A stretch of 63,066 bases of DNA, filler included, from Octopus bimaculoides (GCF_001194135.2; 4 parts of 4 records of this genome joined end to end with filler, not necessarily neighbours in it); one strand, 5' to 3'. Counted from the first letter of the whole stretch, positions 1 to 11,074 are shown. A program made the numbers and translations. Notes: a model not told the origin generated them from the letters alone.

Positions 1-330
1 TATATATATATATATATATATATATTAATATTTATTATATATATATGTATGTATATGTATATATATGTGTATATGTATATATATATATGTGTGTGTGTGT
101 GCGCGCATGTGCGCGTATGCACACATATTTACATAAATATAGACTTATATAAATATAGATATAAATATATACATACGCATACATATATAAATTCATATAC
201 ATATACATATATATGTAAATATAGATATATGTTTTTATAAATATATATATATGTTTGTGTATATGCCTATATATGTATCTGTATGAGTATGTATGTATAT
301 ATATATATATATATTATATGTGCATGTGTG
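1..330. repeat. Compound (TA)n/(TG)n/(TATG)n microsatellite
   Basis: Direct reading; source of the spurious YIYI ORF at 49-240. Confidence 0.95.
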
Positions 331-765
331 TGTAGTGCAATCACAATGTTTCGGTTTCGATTTCCCTGCAGGTCATCTTTCCCTTTACCCTCGAGTCGAT
401 TGAGTCTTCTGAGTGAAATTTAAGAGATAGAAATCTAAAGAGACCCTTCGAATATAGTGTAACTATAATTCAACGGTCAGCTGAAGCATGGCCACACACC
501 GTCATTATGATTCCATCAGGGAATTATACTAAGGATACACACGTCTGTGAAACACTCAACTACTTATACGTTAATTCACGAATAGGTTTGCTGGAATATC
601 GAAAATTGACCACCGTCGAAACTGATGAAGCGTATTACTTTTTCTGACTTCTTGTAATTACGCTGTTTAATGTTGTTTGGCACCGCGCCCTCGATACTGA
701 CTACAACTCTTAAATCTTCCTCGTACCCAGTCTTTCATCCACCACATTTCCCAATTCTCCACCTT

Positions 766-831
766 CCATCCTGTTAACCATCCTGTTAACCATCCTGTTA
801 ACCATCCTGTTAACCATCCTGTTAACCATCC
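766..831. repeat. 12-bp minisatellite (CCATCCTGTTAA)x5.5
   Basis: Five perfect units starting 766, 778, 790, 802, 814 plus CCATCC. Confidence 0.95.
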
Positions 832-1798
832 TTTTCACCTATGTATTTCTTAGGAAACTGAATTGCTGTTACAATATACTCGTAGTTTGACGTTATGATA
901 TTCAGTCGATATACATTTTAAGACACTTATATAAGGCATTATTACGAGTTCACATTTTATTTCATATTTCACTATATTTTATTGTCATAACATACTTGAA
1001 ACTCAGTAACTCATTTATTATTCTACGAAATTTCACATGACAGGTGATTGAAATGTTTATGCCTTCAACAATAGTGTGTTGTATGTCCAGAAAAATAAAG
1101 AAAACTTTGGGACAGAGACTCGAAACTGAATCACGAATTCTTATGACAAAGGCTCTGCAATATATAAAAGGATGGAGGCCGGAAAAGGAAAAAAAATCGA
1201 TGTTTTCTCGATATTCGTATTTCGTTATTCCTACAATAACTGACAATGTTTCATCTCCATTATTTCATCTCTACTGACACAAGTTTCAGACTAATAATAC
1301 TGAAATACAGGATACGATCTATATTTTGTGCCATCATGTTCACTGGAAGACGAAATACCGACATTGGACTGAATATTTTCGCTTAAACTTGCATCTGGAG
1401 ACTGGTTTTCCCGTGGAAATCTCAAATTTTATGAAAGTATATCAACAAACTAAATTTTCATTACTTTCAAACAACAAAAATGTATTTCACTAAAGCAATG
1501 TCATGTTAACCTAAATAACAATGTTTAGAACACGGTGGATGTCAATAGCTCATACTGAAAATGTCACTGCCATTCACCAATTTTATCTATAGAAAAGGTC
1601 AAATCTACTATAATTTGTAAGCATCCACTTGAAATCAATTGAGCAATGTCCAACTAAATGACATTTGCTCAATATTCAATGACTGTTGGTACATTTAATC
1701 AACAAGGTGAATTTTCCACTAAAAATTTTTTGGAAAATATCGTAAAAAATGATTGCAACTTCAGAGATAAAAACATTGTAAAATTAGAATTAGTGCAC

Positions 1799-2170
<372 letters not shown>

Positions 2171-2744
2171 TTCAAAGTCTACATCCAAGAGAGATTCAGA
2201 TATAAGAGAAACGCTCAATGCTGATTGTCAACCAACAGTTTGAATATGAAATTTCAAATACTTTCCTACATCATGAAAAGACTTGATTTTTAATGCCATT
2301 CAGATATTTTGACACATTTTCATTTGATTTTTATCACATTGTTACTTTTGTATTTTTCACAATGTATTAACATTTATAAAAGTTGGAGTCTGTATTATAT
2401 CTTTTCTACATATACATAAACACCCATACTTGCTGATCGTTTCCAATTAATATTCCTTTCAGATTCATAACTCTAATTGCTTTGTTGTCATTTTTTGTAT
2501 CTATTTTATAACATTTGATGTGATTGACAAATCTTTGCTTTTGTTTGCCTTTTCCTGCCAAACTCTGGAAGTGTTTAGTATATTTGCTTCTGCAGTTCTA
2601 AGCATAAATAAAATGTGAAATGAGTTTACATAACTTAAAATAATGAGATTTGACCTACCACAGAAGGTAACCAACGGTTGCAGATATGTCAAATGAACCG
2701 AAAAAAAATTCGAGCGCTATCGGGAAATAATAAAACAATGTTGT

Positions 2745-2810
<66 letters not shown>
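2745..2810. repeat. (TAC)n microsatellite
   Basis: Direct reading. Confidence 0.95.
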
Positions 2811-2812
<2 letters not shown>

Positions 2813-2925
2813 AGCGGTATTTTGCTCGTCTTTACGTCCTGAGTTCAAATTTCGCCGAGATCGACTTTGACTAGCGCCTCCCCCAAAATTTCAGACCATG
2901 TGCCTATATTAGAAAGGATTGTTAT
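2811..2925 (+). mobile_element. SINE family A, partial and internally deleted
   Basis: TTAGCGGTATTT...CTGAGTTCAAAT (B-box-like)...CCCCCAAAATTTCAG...AGAAAGGATT matches the better copies at 4337 and 37370. Confidence 0.8.
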
Positions 2926-2949
2926 AATAATAATAATAATTATTATTAT

Positions 2950-3960
2950 TTGATTAAGCCTCCCAGCTTATTTTGCTCTGTATGATAGCAAGTATCGGCT
3001 GTCCACAGCCAGCAGACTAAGGTGACACTTGTTTACTTATCATGCTTCAAGAACTCTGTGGAGAACTCTTGCAGTTTCAAGTAATGATGATTTTTGTAGG
3101 CGTTCTATCTTTACATTTGTACCAATAGTTTTGAACCATGTTGGTAGTTGAGTACTGATACTTCTAGGCGTGCAGATCATTTATTGAATATATGCTGCTC
3201 TCTCATGCCTGTTAAGATACTCTGTAGGCGCAAGAAGACTGCAAATGGAAACAACATGATCAATAGTTTCATTTTGTTGTTGACATTCACGACATGTTGG
3301 GCAGCTGCCGTTCTTTAATATGTTGGCCTGGTAGTTTCTTGTAGGTAGGCATTGATCTTGGATTGCTATGATAAACCTTTCTATTTCTGATTTTAAGCCA
3401 GAAGCCACTAGCTATTGATGGGTAAAGGCTTTGTCAACACCAGCACTATTAGCTCTCTTTGGGTATTTGCCATTGTGAGGGTTTTCTTGCAATTTATCAT
3501 TAAGAATATTTAAAGCAGCAATTTTAGCACTTCTTGTGCTTGTTTCTAGTACGTCTAATTCTGAAATTTGTTGTATTTGGAATTCACTTAGATATTCCTT
3601 TGGCTGTTTTGTTACTGAGTATGATGCTTTCTTGTTTTCATGCTTTGAGACAAGTTTTAACATCCAATCATCAGAGTTTTTCAGGTAGGTGTCTAGGCCG
3701 ATTGTGGCAATCTTCGTTGTTAATTCCAGTTGGAAAAAGTCCATGGCCTTCCTCTTTTCTTGGCAGATAAATTCATTCTATATCTGCCTTAAAGTGGTGC
3801 ATTCTATGCATTGTCAGCAGCTTTCATATTTTATATATTTTAGTAATTGTCCGTTAATGATATTGAAACTGTAAGTCACGATTGGTATGACTAAAGTATT
3901 GATTGCTTCGATCCTGTTTCTTGCGTTCAGCTCTGTCTTGAGTATTGCCCTTACCCTGCG
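2950..3960 (-). mobile_element. R4/Dong-type non-LTR retrotransposon 3' remnant (post-RT region, CCHC knuckle, C-terminus, short 3' UTR)
   Basis: LKSEIERFIIAIQDQCLPTRNY...CRECQQQNETIDHVVSICSLLAPTEYLNRH; C-terminus LETARVLHRVLE; endonuclease core deleted; (AAT)n on element strand at both ends. Confidence 0.85.
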
Positions 3961-4104
3961 ATAACATTATTATTATTGCTTATTGTATACTCGACATTGT
4001 TCCAAACCCAACTTGTCCCTTGTATCGTATTGTCCCTATTTGCTATGTGATCGGCCCGTGTGGCCAATACAGAAAACATTATTGTGTGGCCAAAGCGTTA
4101 AGTC

Positions 4105-4330
4105 GGTGACCTGGCTGAATCGTTATCACGCCGGGCAAAATACTTAGCGACATTTCATCCGTTTTGATGTTCTGTGTTCAAATCACGACCAGATCGACTT
4201 TGTCCGTCATCTTTTCGGGGTCAATAATTTAAGCACCAGTGAAGCACTGAGGTCGATGTTGTCTACTAGTCCCTCCCCCGAAAATTTCAGGCCTTGTATC
4301 TTTAGTAGAAAGGATTACTGTTATTATTAA
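4105..4330 (+). mobile_element. SINE family A, diverged near-full copy
   Basis: TGGCTGAATCGTTATCACGCCGG head, GTGTTCAAATC B-box, CCCCCGAAAATTTCAGGCCTTGT tail. Confidence 0.8.
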
Positions 4331-4336
4331 TATTTA

Positions 4337-4570
4337 AGGAGGCGAGCTGGCAGAATCTTTAGCACGCCGGGTGAAATGCTTAACGGTATTTCATCTGCCG
4401 CTACGTTCTGAGTTCAAATTCTGCAAAGGTCGTCTTTGCCTTTCATTCTTACGGGGTCGATAATTTAAGTACCAGTGAAACACTGGAATGGATGTAATCG
4501 ACTAATCCCATTCCACAAAATGGCTACTATTGTGGCAAAATTTGAAATCATTATTATTATTATTATTATA
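4337..4570 (+). mobile_element. SINE family A (tRNA-like head, (ATT)n tail)
   Basis: GGAGGCGAGCTGGCAGAATCTTTAGCACGCCGG (A-box-like) and CTGAGTTCAAATTC (B-box-like); ends in (ATT)n. Confidence 0.9.
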
Positions 4571-4801
4571 TTTCCAGTGACAAATCTTATTCGTTTGTTT
4601 CTCTTCGCTAATTTTTGCTTACATTATGCAAATTACTCTAGGTTATAAATATTTTCTATTGTTTTAGTATAAGAGGAAGTAGAAAAACTGCCGAGCTTAT
4701 GACGCCTATTGAGCAAACACCTAACCACAGTTGTCTTATCTTCATACAACGTGACCGTCTGCTAATTCATGATTCTGAAATTATTTCTCCTTCTCACATA
4801 G

Positions 4802-4887
4802 AGCTGTTTGCATTTCCTAAAGGTCATTTAGATATGTTAATTTCAATAAATATTCGATACACCTTTATTGGCTGTTCTCGTTCAAAC
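4802..4887 (+). CDS. Candidate internal exon, unknown product (ELFAFPKGHLDMLISINIRYTFIGCSRSN)
   Basis: TTTCTCCTTCTCACATAG acceptor, AAC|GTATGT donor, single open frame; no homology recognised. Confidence 0.2.
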
Positions 4888-4939
4888 GTATGTCCATGTT
4901 ACTGGTCATTCCTAGTTATCTCACTTAGGTCATCTTTGT

Positions 4940-5258
4940 TCTCTCTATCTCTCTCTCTCTCACTCTCTCTTCGTCCTCGCTCTCTCTCACACATACGTAT
5001 ACATATATGTATATGTAATTATAGAAACACAAAAGAACACGGACACAAACACACACACACACACACACATCTTCGTGTCTATACACTCACATATATATAT
5101 ATGTATATATATATACGTATATCTACATGCATATATATGTGTGCATACGTGCGCGCGGTTAGGTATATACATGTATATATGTATGTATAAACATATATGT
5201 ATTATGGACATGTAGGTACATATACAAATATATCTATGTATATATATCAAAACATGTG

Positions 5259-5339
<81 letters not shown>

Positions 5340-5490
5340 ATAGNNNNNNNNNNTATATATATTACATACGTTCATGCATACATACATGCATACATACATA
5401 TGTACATTGGTAAATATACAAATACACATATGTACATATGTACACCTACATATAGATATACGCTCATATACGAATATACATAAATGCACA
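4940..5490. repeat. Compound (CT)n/(CA)n/(TA)n/(TATC)n/(TGTC)n microsatellites
   Basis: Direct reading. Confidence 0.9.
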
Positions 5491-5837
5491 TATATATGCA
5501 TGCTTTTGATTATGTAGCTGTATGTTTTTATACCAATTAGTTATAATATAAATGTGGGTTTCCGTTTTTCGTGCTGTATGTGTGTTTATAGAATTCCACT
5601 TGGAAACATTCATGGAAGCAAAAGAAAATATATATTGCAAGCTAAAATAATGTTTGTAAACTGTGTATTAGACGATTAATTTCATAGTTTTACATTCTAC
5701 TTTTGATTCTGTATTTAATATCGATTATTGTAATATTGTACGTGATGTCTTTCGACAAAATCCTACAATTGTATATATTTAACTATTCACCATCTCTTAT
5801 ATTTTTTCTTTACTCGCACTCAACACACGCGCCGGCA

Positions 5838-5839
<2 letters not shown>

Positions 5840-5899
<60 letters not shown>

Positions 5900-6110
5900 N
5901 NNNNNNNNNNNNNNNNNNNNNNNNNNNNNNNNNNNNNNNNNNNNNNNNNNNNNNNNNNNNNNNNNNNNNNNNNNNNNNNNNNNNNNNNNNNNNNNNNNNN
6001 NNNNNNNNCAACAACAACAACAACAACAACAACAACAAAGCAGCAGCAGCACCAGCAACAACAACAGCAGCAGTAGCAGCGGCAGCAATAACCACAACAA
6101 CAGCAATCTT
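5840..6110. repeat. (CA)n, gap, (CAA)n/(CAG)n microsatellites
   Basis: Direct reading. Confidence 0.95.
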
Positions 6111-6111
6111 T

Positions 6112-6300
6112 TCAGGTACAAAGGCTGATATTTGAGGGAAGGTGACTTCAGTACTCAACTGGTACTCACTTTTATCGATCCCGAAAGGAGGACAGGTCAA
6201 GTCGACCTTAGCTGATTTTGAATCCAGAACTTAAAGACGGACAAAATGCCGCTAAGCATGTTGCATTGCTTGCTAACGATTTTGTCACCTTGCCACCTTA
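6112..6300 (-). mobile_element. SINE family A, diverged
   Basis: Reverse complement of family A body (AACTGGTACT...ATCGATCCCGAAAGG...GTCGACC...AATGCCGCTAAGCA). Confidence 0.8.
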
Positions 6301-6316
6301 GTAAACAACAACAACA

Positions 6317-6745
6317 TCTTGGTATAAAAGATAGGCTGCAGCAAATATTCTGCTCAATACCACAGATTTACCACGATATGTGCATCTCTGATCACGAGCA
6401 GAAGTAGTGGGAGAGCATCGTAACCATGCGTTGAGAGGGATTCTTTGGGGTTTGAATAATTCACCTTTGGAAACATGGGTGTTTCATTAAACATCCTTAA
6501 ACAACACTTATTCAGGGACCTTATGAGCGGGATGGGCTACTCGACCTGAAGAAAATTCTAACTGGGCTCCACCTGCAAGGTCATGCGCTGTTTTTCTTGA
6601 TATGAGACCACCATGTCGCGCACATATGGTCGTGATGCATGTGCCTGGTATACCCTTATCAGACGGGTAGTCATGATAAATATACTGGGCTTCGTATATG
6701 TTTATCTCAGTGTCACTTTGATAACATGCAATTCTCTCTCACTCA
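6317..6745 (+). mobile_element. Dispersed repeat E (no ORF, no tRNA head, 3' end fixed at (AAT)n), copy 1
   Basis: Colinear with 19375-19846 (e.g. GGATGGGCTACTCGACCT, CTGCAAGGTCATGCGCTG, GATGCATGTGCCTGG); both end at CTCTCTCA...AATAATAAT. Confidence 0.85.
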
Positions 6746-6807
6746 GTAATAATAATAATAATAATATTAATAATAATAATAATAATAATAATAATGATGA
6801 TGATAAT

Positions 6808-7135
6808 AGTGCCTACTGACAGAAACATCCCAGCAAAGGAATTTGAAAAACTGCCGAAATATAAGGTCCTTGAGATTGAGATATCTAAGACGTGGCCATT
6901 AAAAAATAAAACCATCCCTGTTGCTGTAGGTACCGCGGGAATGATCAAGAAAGGTACTGACAAATTTTTTGACCAAACCCCTGGGAAGCCAACAGTCTAT
7001 GAGACTCAAAAAATTGTGTTGATATCAACTGCCCACAATCTCAGGAAGTTTCTCTCCATCTAGCATATACATGTCTTAGGTCTCTGGTTGAGACCCGGTC
7101 GGAAGATGAAATAAAATGTAAATCAATCGGAAAAT
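6808..7135 (+). mobile_element. R4/Dong-type element 3' end: restriction-like endonuclease C-terminal half plus 3' UTR
   Basis: VPTDRNIPAKEFEKLPKYKVLEIEISKTW...IPVAVGTAGMIKKG...QKIVLISTAHNLRKFLSI*; (AAT)n both sides. Confidence 0.9.
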
Positions 7136-7379
7136 AATAATAGTAGGGCCAGTAAGCAAAGATGTAGACAAATAGCTGAAGGTGAATGGAATAAAATGAC
7201 CGGTAGAGGTCTTACAGAAAGTTTGTCTCTTAGGGACAGCAAGGATTATCAGTTAGATTCTAAGCACTTGAAAGACTGCTGAAAACTTGTGAATACCTAA
7301 GGTTACAGGTAGTAACCTACTACTCATATGAAAGCTACCAGGAATATGACCGAACCTGAACCAAACCAAAATAATAATG

Positions 7380-7602
7380 ATTAAATGGTTTCAAATTTTG
7401 GCATAAGGCCAGTAATTTTGGGACAGAAGGTAAGTCAATTACATCGACCCAAGTGTGCAACTGGTACTTACTTCATCGACCCTGAAATTATGAAATGTAA
7501 AGTCAACCTCAGCGTCATTTCAACTCAGAACGTAAAGATGAACGAAAATGCCGCTAAGTATTTTACCGAGCGTGCTAATGATTGTGCCGAATCGCCGCCT
7601 TA
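7380..7602 (-). mobile_element. SINE family A, near full length
   Basis: Reverse complement of family A; ATT repeats at both ends on element strand. Confidence 0.85.
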
Positions 7603-7614
7603 ATAATAATATAC

Positions 7615-8075
7615 CGAATAGAGACTTGATTAAACAAATTGAAATGGAAAGCTACAAATACCCTGGTGTGCTAGAGTTCAACGAGATAATAAAGAGGGAA
7701 ATTAGAAAGCAATTGAGGATGGAATATTTCCGAAGACTAAGGTTGGTGTTGCACTCAAAATTGACTGGATGGAATAAAATCTAAGCAATTAATACGTATT
7801 TAATCGGTATGGAGCGGGAATTATAAAATGGCAAGAGAGAGAAGTGATGAAAAGGAATACCAAGACCAGAAGAATGATAACAATATACAGGGCCTTCCAC
7901 CCTGTGAGTGACACCGATAGGCTGTACCTTTCCAGAAGAAAGGGTGGGAGAGGTTTGAGCAGTTGCCAGGACTGTACCGAAGCAGAGGAAAACAGCTTAG
8001 AGGAGAATATAAAAAATGCCGTGAAGCTTTGTTGAAACGTACGAAGAAGGCCGGCGTCATCAAAATAAGCTGTGA
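7615..8075 (+). mobile_element. R4/Dong-type RT C-terminal fragment (frameshifted)
   Basis: YKYPGVLE...EYFRRLRLVLHSKL...HPVSDTDRLYLSRRKGGRGL; preceded by (TAA)n, followed by (AAC)n/AAT. Confidence 0.85.
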
Positions 8076-8281
8076 GTTTTAATCACATAACAACAACAAC
8101 AACAACAGTAATGATAATGATTTCTTTTATTTTCCACCAGGGCGAAAGGTGAGGGAGACAATACAAAGACAGACATAAAGTGTGGGGGTTTACATATAAT
8201 GGAATGATAAAAAAGAAGCAGTATACATGGTATACATTAGAAAAAGGGAAGTATACATAGTATACGATACCAGGAGAAGAG

Positions 8282-9755
8282 GGTTACTTCTGCCCGATCT
8301 TTCAGGGACAACTTCCTCTCTGCCCATTTCTGATTAAAACAGGCTACCCTGTTCGTCATCTCTTCCCAGTTCTTATCCACCTGGAGGTCGGGACCGAACC
8401 AGACCCCGAGCAGTTTAACTGGTCTGACAGTCCAGTCTCCGACGACGCCGTCCGACGGCATCGATCTGCTTCTCTAGGTGCCCAGTCGCAATCTCACCGA
8501 CATGTCAGCGTTGATTTTGGCCCCTGCAACTGACTCATATTCCCTTACAATGGAACCGACCGTTTCCACTTCGGAGGCATCCGACACCATGACAGTGACG
8601 TCGTCCGTGTACGCCGGCATTGCCCTCCTGACTCCATTTTCGAAAGTGAGGCCTCTTAACTGTTCCAACTTCTGCAGCAGTGGTTCAAGAGCCAGCACGT
8701 ACAGAAGAGATGACTGAAAACAGAACCGAAACCGACCGCTTTAAGGACGGCTTCCAAGTAGCGATGGTCGACCCTATCGAAAGCTTTCGAATGATCTAAA
8801 TTGATCAGAGCCTAAATTGATCCCAGCCCTCTCTACGATGTATCGCATAAGGTGGAGGTTGTCATGGATTGACCTTCCCGGAATTGCGCACGTTTGTGCC
8901 TCCCAGACTAGACTACCGACGACAGGCGCCAACCTTTTCGCTAACACTTTGGCCAAAATATTAATCTTAGCAGAGTTATAGGCCGAAAATTCCCTAGCAC
9001 GTCCCCATTGTCGGCGTCCTTTCTCAGCAGTGTTATCACACCCCGACTAACAGCACTAGAAATTCCCGTTCTGTTGCCAGCTAGTGTAGGCGTCTGCCAA
9101 GAGGCTGCCAAACAAATCTGACATGAATACATGAAATTCGTCGGGTAAACAATCCAAACCGGGCGATTTGGGACTTGTGCAATCGCTCAGCCTCTCCCAT
9201 ATTTCAGTGGCTGTAATCAGCTCTTTGCAGAATCTCGCGTCCATTATGGAGAGCCGTGGTAGGCCGTCCATGTACGAAGAATAGTCCGCTACCGTCGTCG
9301 ACCCATTACCCTCCCAAAACCGCCACGCAAAGTGCTACTGGAAAGCTGCACACATCTGCTCAGAACCGAATAGTACACGCCCGTCCTGATCCGTCAAAGA
9401 CTTGATCGTGGTTTTGTTCCTACGTAGCTTCTCTACTGCTTGAGCCTATCAGACGGCTTTAGTTACTTCGTGTTTTAGCGCACGGGCCTTAGCTCAGATA
9501 ACGTGCTCGTCATTTTTCGCCTCAAAGAAATGGTGGGCAAGGGCCTTTCTCGCCGCTAACACGTCGGTCGCAATACCTTTACTAATAACCTCTTCTAGTT
9601 TGCTTACTAGTTCTCTCTCTAAGTTATTTCTATTGCTAAATATTTGCGAAACGCTATCGATTCGACTCTAATCGCTCTCTTCAGAGCGATACACCACCGG
9701 TTGTTGACGATTGCCCCCGCTTAACTAGTTCCCTAATCCGATCCCTGTAGTCTTT
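8282..9755 (-). mobile_element. L1/Tx1-clade LINE ORF2 remnant (post-endonuclease linker and RT)
   Basis: KSPGLDCLPDEF, FRPITLL, AKVLAKRL...QTCAIPGRSIHDNLHL, LALEPLL, AYTDDVTV, VKLLGVWF; many stops and frameshifts. Confidence 0.9.
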
Positions 9756-9965
9756 GATCAAATTGTTTGTTTCTGTAATGTCTTATGTTCTGATGTATTT
9801 CAGAATTTCATTCACATTTTTCGTTTCTCGGTTCAATTTCCACCAATCAACCGTTTTAAGGTTGTGAATAATGTCGCTATTGTTCTCTTGTAGCCTTGCC
9901 TTTATTCTGTCGTATATTGCCCTTTGCCCATCTGTCATGTCACCATCAGTTTTATGGTCTGTTCC
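9755..9965 (-). mobile_element. R4/Dong-type N-terminal ORF fragment, inverted relative to the adjacent RT part
   Basis: YDRIKARL...KLNRETKNVNEILKYIRT*DITETNNLI resembles the pre-RT region of R4/Dong ORFs (from recall). Confidence 0.65.
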
Positions 9966-10945
9966 CAAGTCAGTTCCCTCGTTGATACAGTGTATACTTT
10001 CAGTGCTGATATCAGAATGAATTTCGGACTGAAAAAGTGTGGTGAGTTAGTCTTGAAGAGAGGCAAAATCGAATGTATGGACGGGCTAGCGATACCGTCG
10101 GGGGAGATTATGAAGCAGATAGAAGAGACGGGCTATAAGTACTTGAAGATATTAGAAATGGATAAATTGATGGAGAAAGAAATGACAGAAAAATTTCAGG
10201 TGGAGTACTTTCGCAGACTGAGACTGATCGTTCAGTCGAAATTAAAGAGACGGTATAAGATTGCAGCTGTCAACACCCGGGCGGTTTCACTACTTAGATA
10301 TAGAGCAGGTGTAATCGCATGGACAATAGGCGAATTAAACAGCTTAGACAGTAAGACAAGGAAGTTGTTGACTAGATATGGGATACTCTACCCTAAAAGT
10401 GTCACAGACAGACTGTTTGTACTAGGAAAAAGAGGGGGAAGAGGACTGATTGGATGCGAACACAGCATTAGAGCAACAACATAGCATGGAATGTAAAAAA
10501 TGCCACAGTACCATTATTACTGGAAGTAAGAAGACCAAGTTTGTGTAGGATGGAAAATTGCAAAGATAAAGCACCGTACAAGGACTTGAGAATGAATGAA
10601 ACTGAAAATAGGTAAATAAATAAAAGAATGCATGAACAATTTCATTGGGATGTTGAAGATAAGATAGACAGAGAAAAAGATGGTTATGGATGACTAAAAG
10701 TGATTTAAAACCGGAAACCGAGGCTCTAATCTGTGCTGCTCAAGAGCAAGCATTAAGAACCAATTACATCAAATACAGAACAGACAGCACATCAGAAAGT
10801 AATAAGTGCAGAATTTGTAGATAAAACGGTGGAACTGTATGGCATATCAGCAGTCAATGTACGCCACTAGCCCAGAAGGAATATAAGAGACGCCATGACA
10901 ACATAGTAAGGATTGTCCATTGGACACTTTACAACAAGTATAGAA
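9965..10945 (+). mobile_element. R4/Dong-type element: RT C-half, thumb and CCHC knuckle
   Basis: SLVDTVYTFSADIRMNFGLKKC...YKYLKILE...GGRGLIG; LKPETEALICAAQEQALRTNYIK...CRIC...HISSQC..LAQKEYKRRHDNIVRIVHW. Confidence 0.92.
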
Positions 10946-10954
10946 ATGATGAAA

Positions 10955-11062
10955 GACAAAGTCGATCACAGCAGAATTTGAACTCAGAAAGTATAAACGC
11001 ACGATATACCACAAGGCATTTCTTCCCGGCGTGCTAATGATTCAACCTGCTCACTGCCTTAC
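10955..11062 (-). mobile_element. SINE family A 5' half
   Basis: GAATTTGAACTCAGAA...CCGGCGTGCTAATGATT. Confidence 0.7.
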
Positions 11063-11074
11063 GACCTCTTGTCA

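Noticed and set aside
1639-1673. 12-bp imperfect inverted repeat TTGAGCAATGTC...GACATTTGCTCAA
   Set aside because: Short and bulged; plausible by chance in AT-rich DNA
5703-6128. Poly-His/Gln/Ser protein
   Set aside because: (CA)n + N gap + (CAA/CAG)n microsatellites; no splice or coding context
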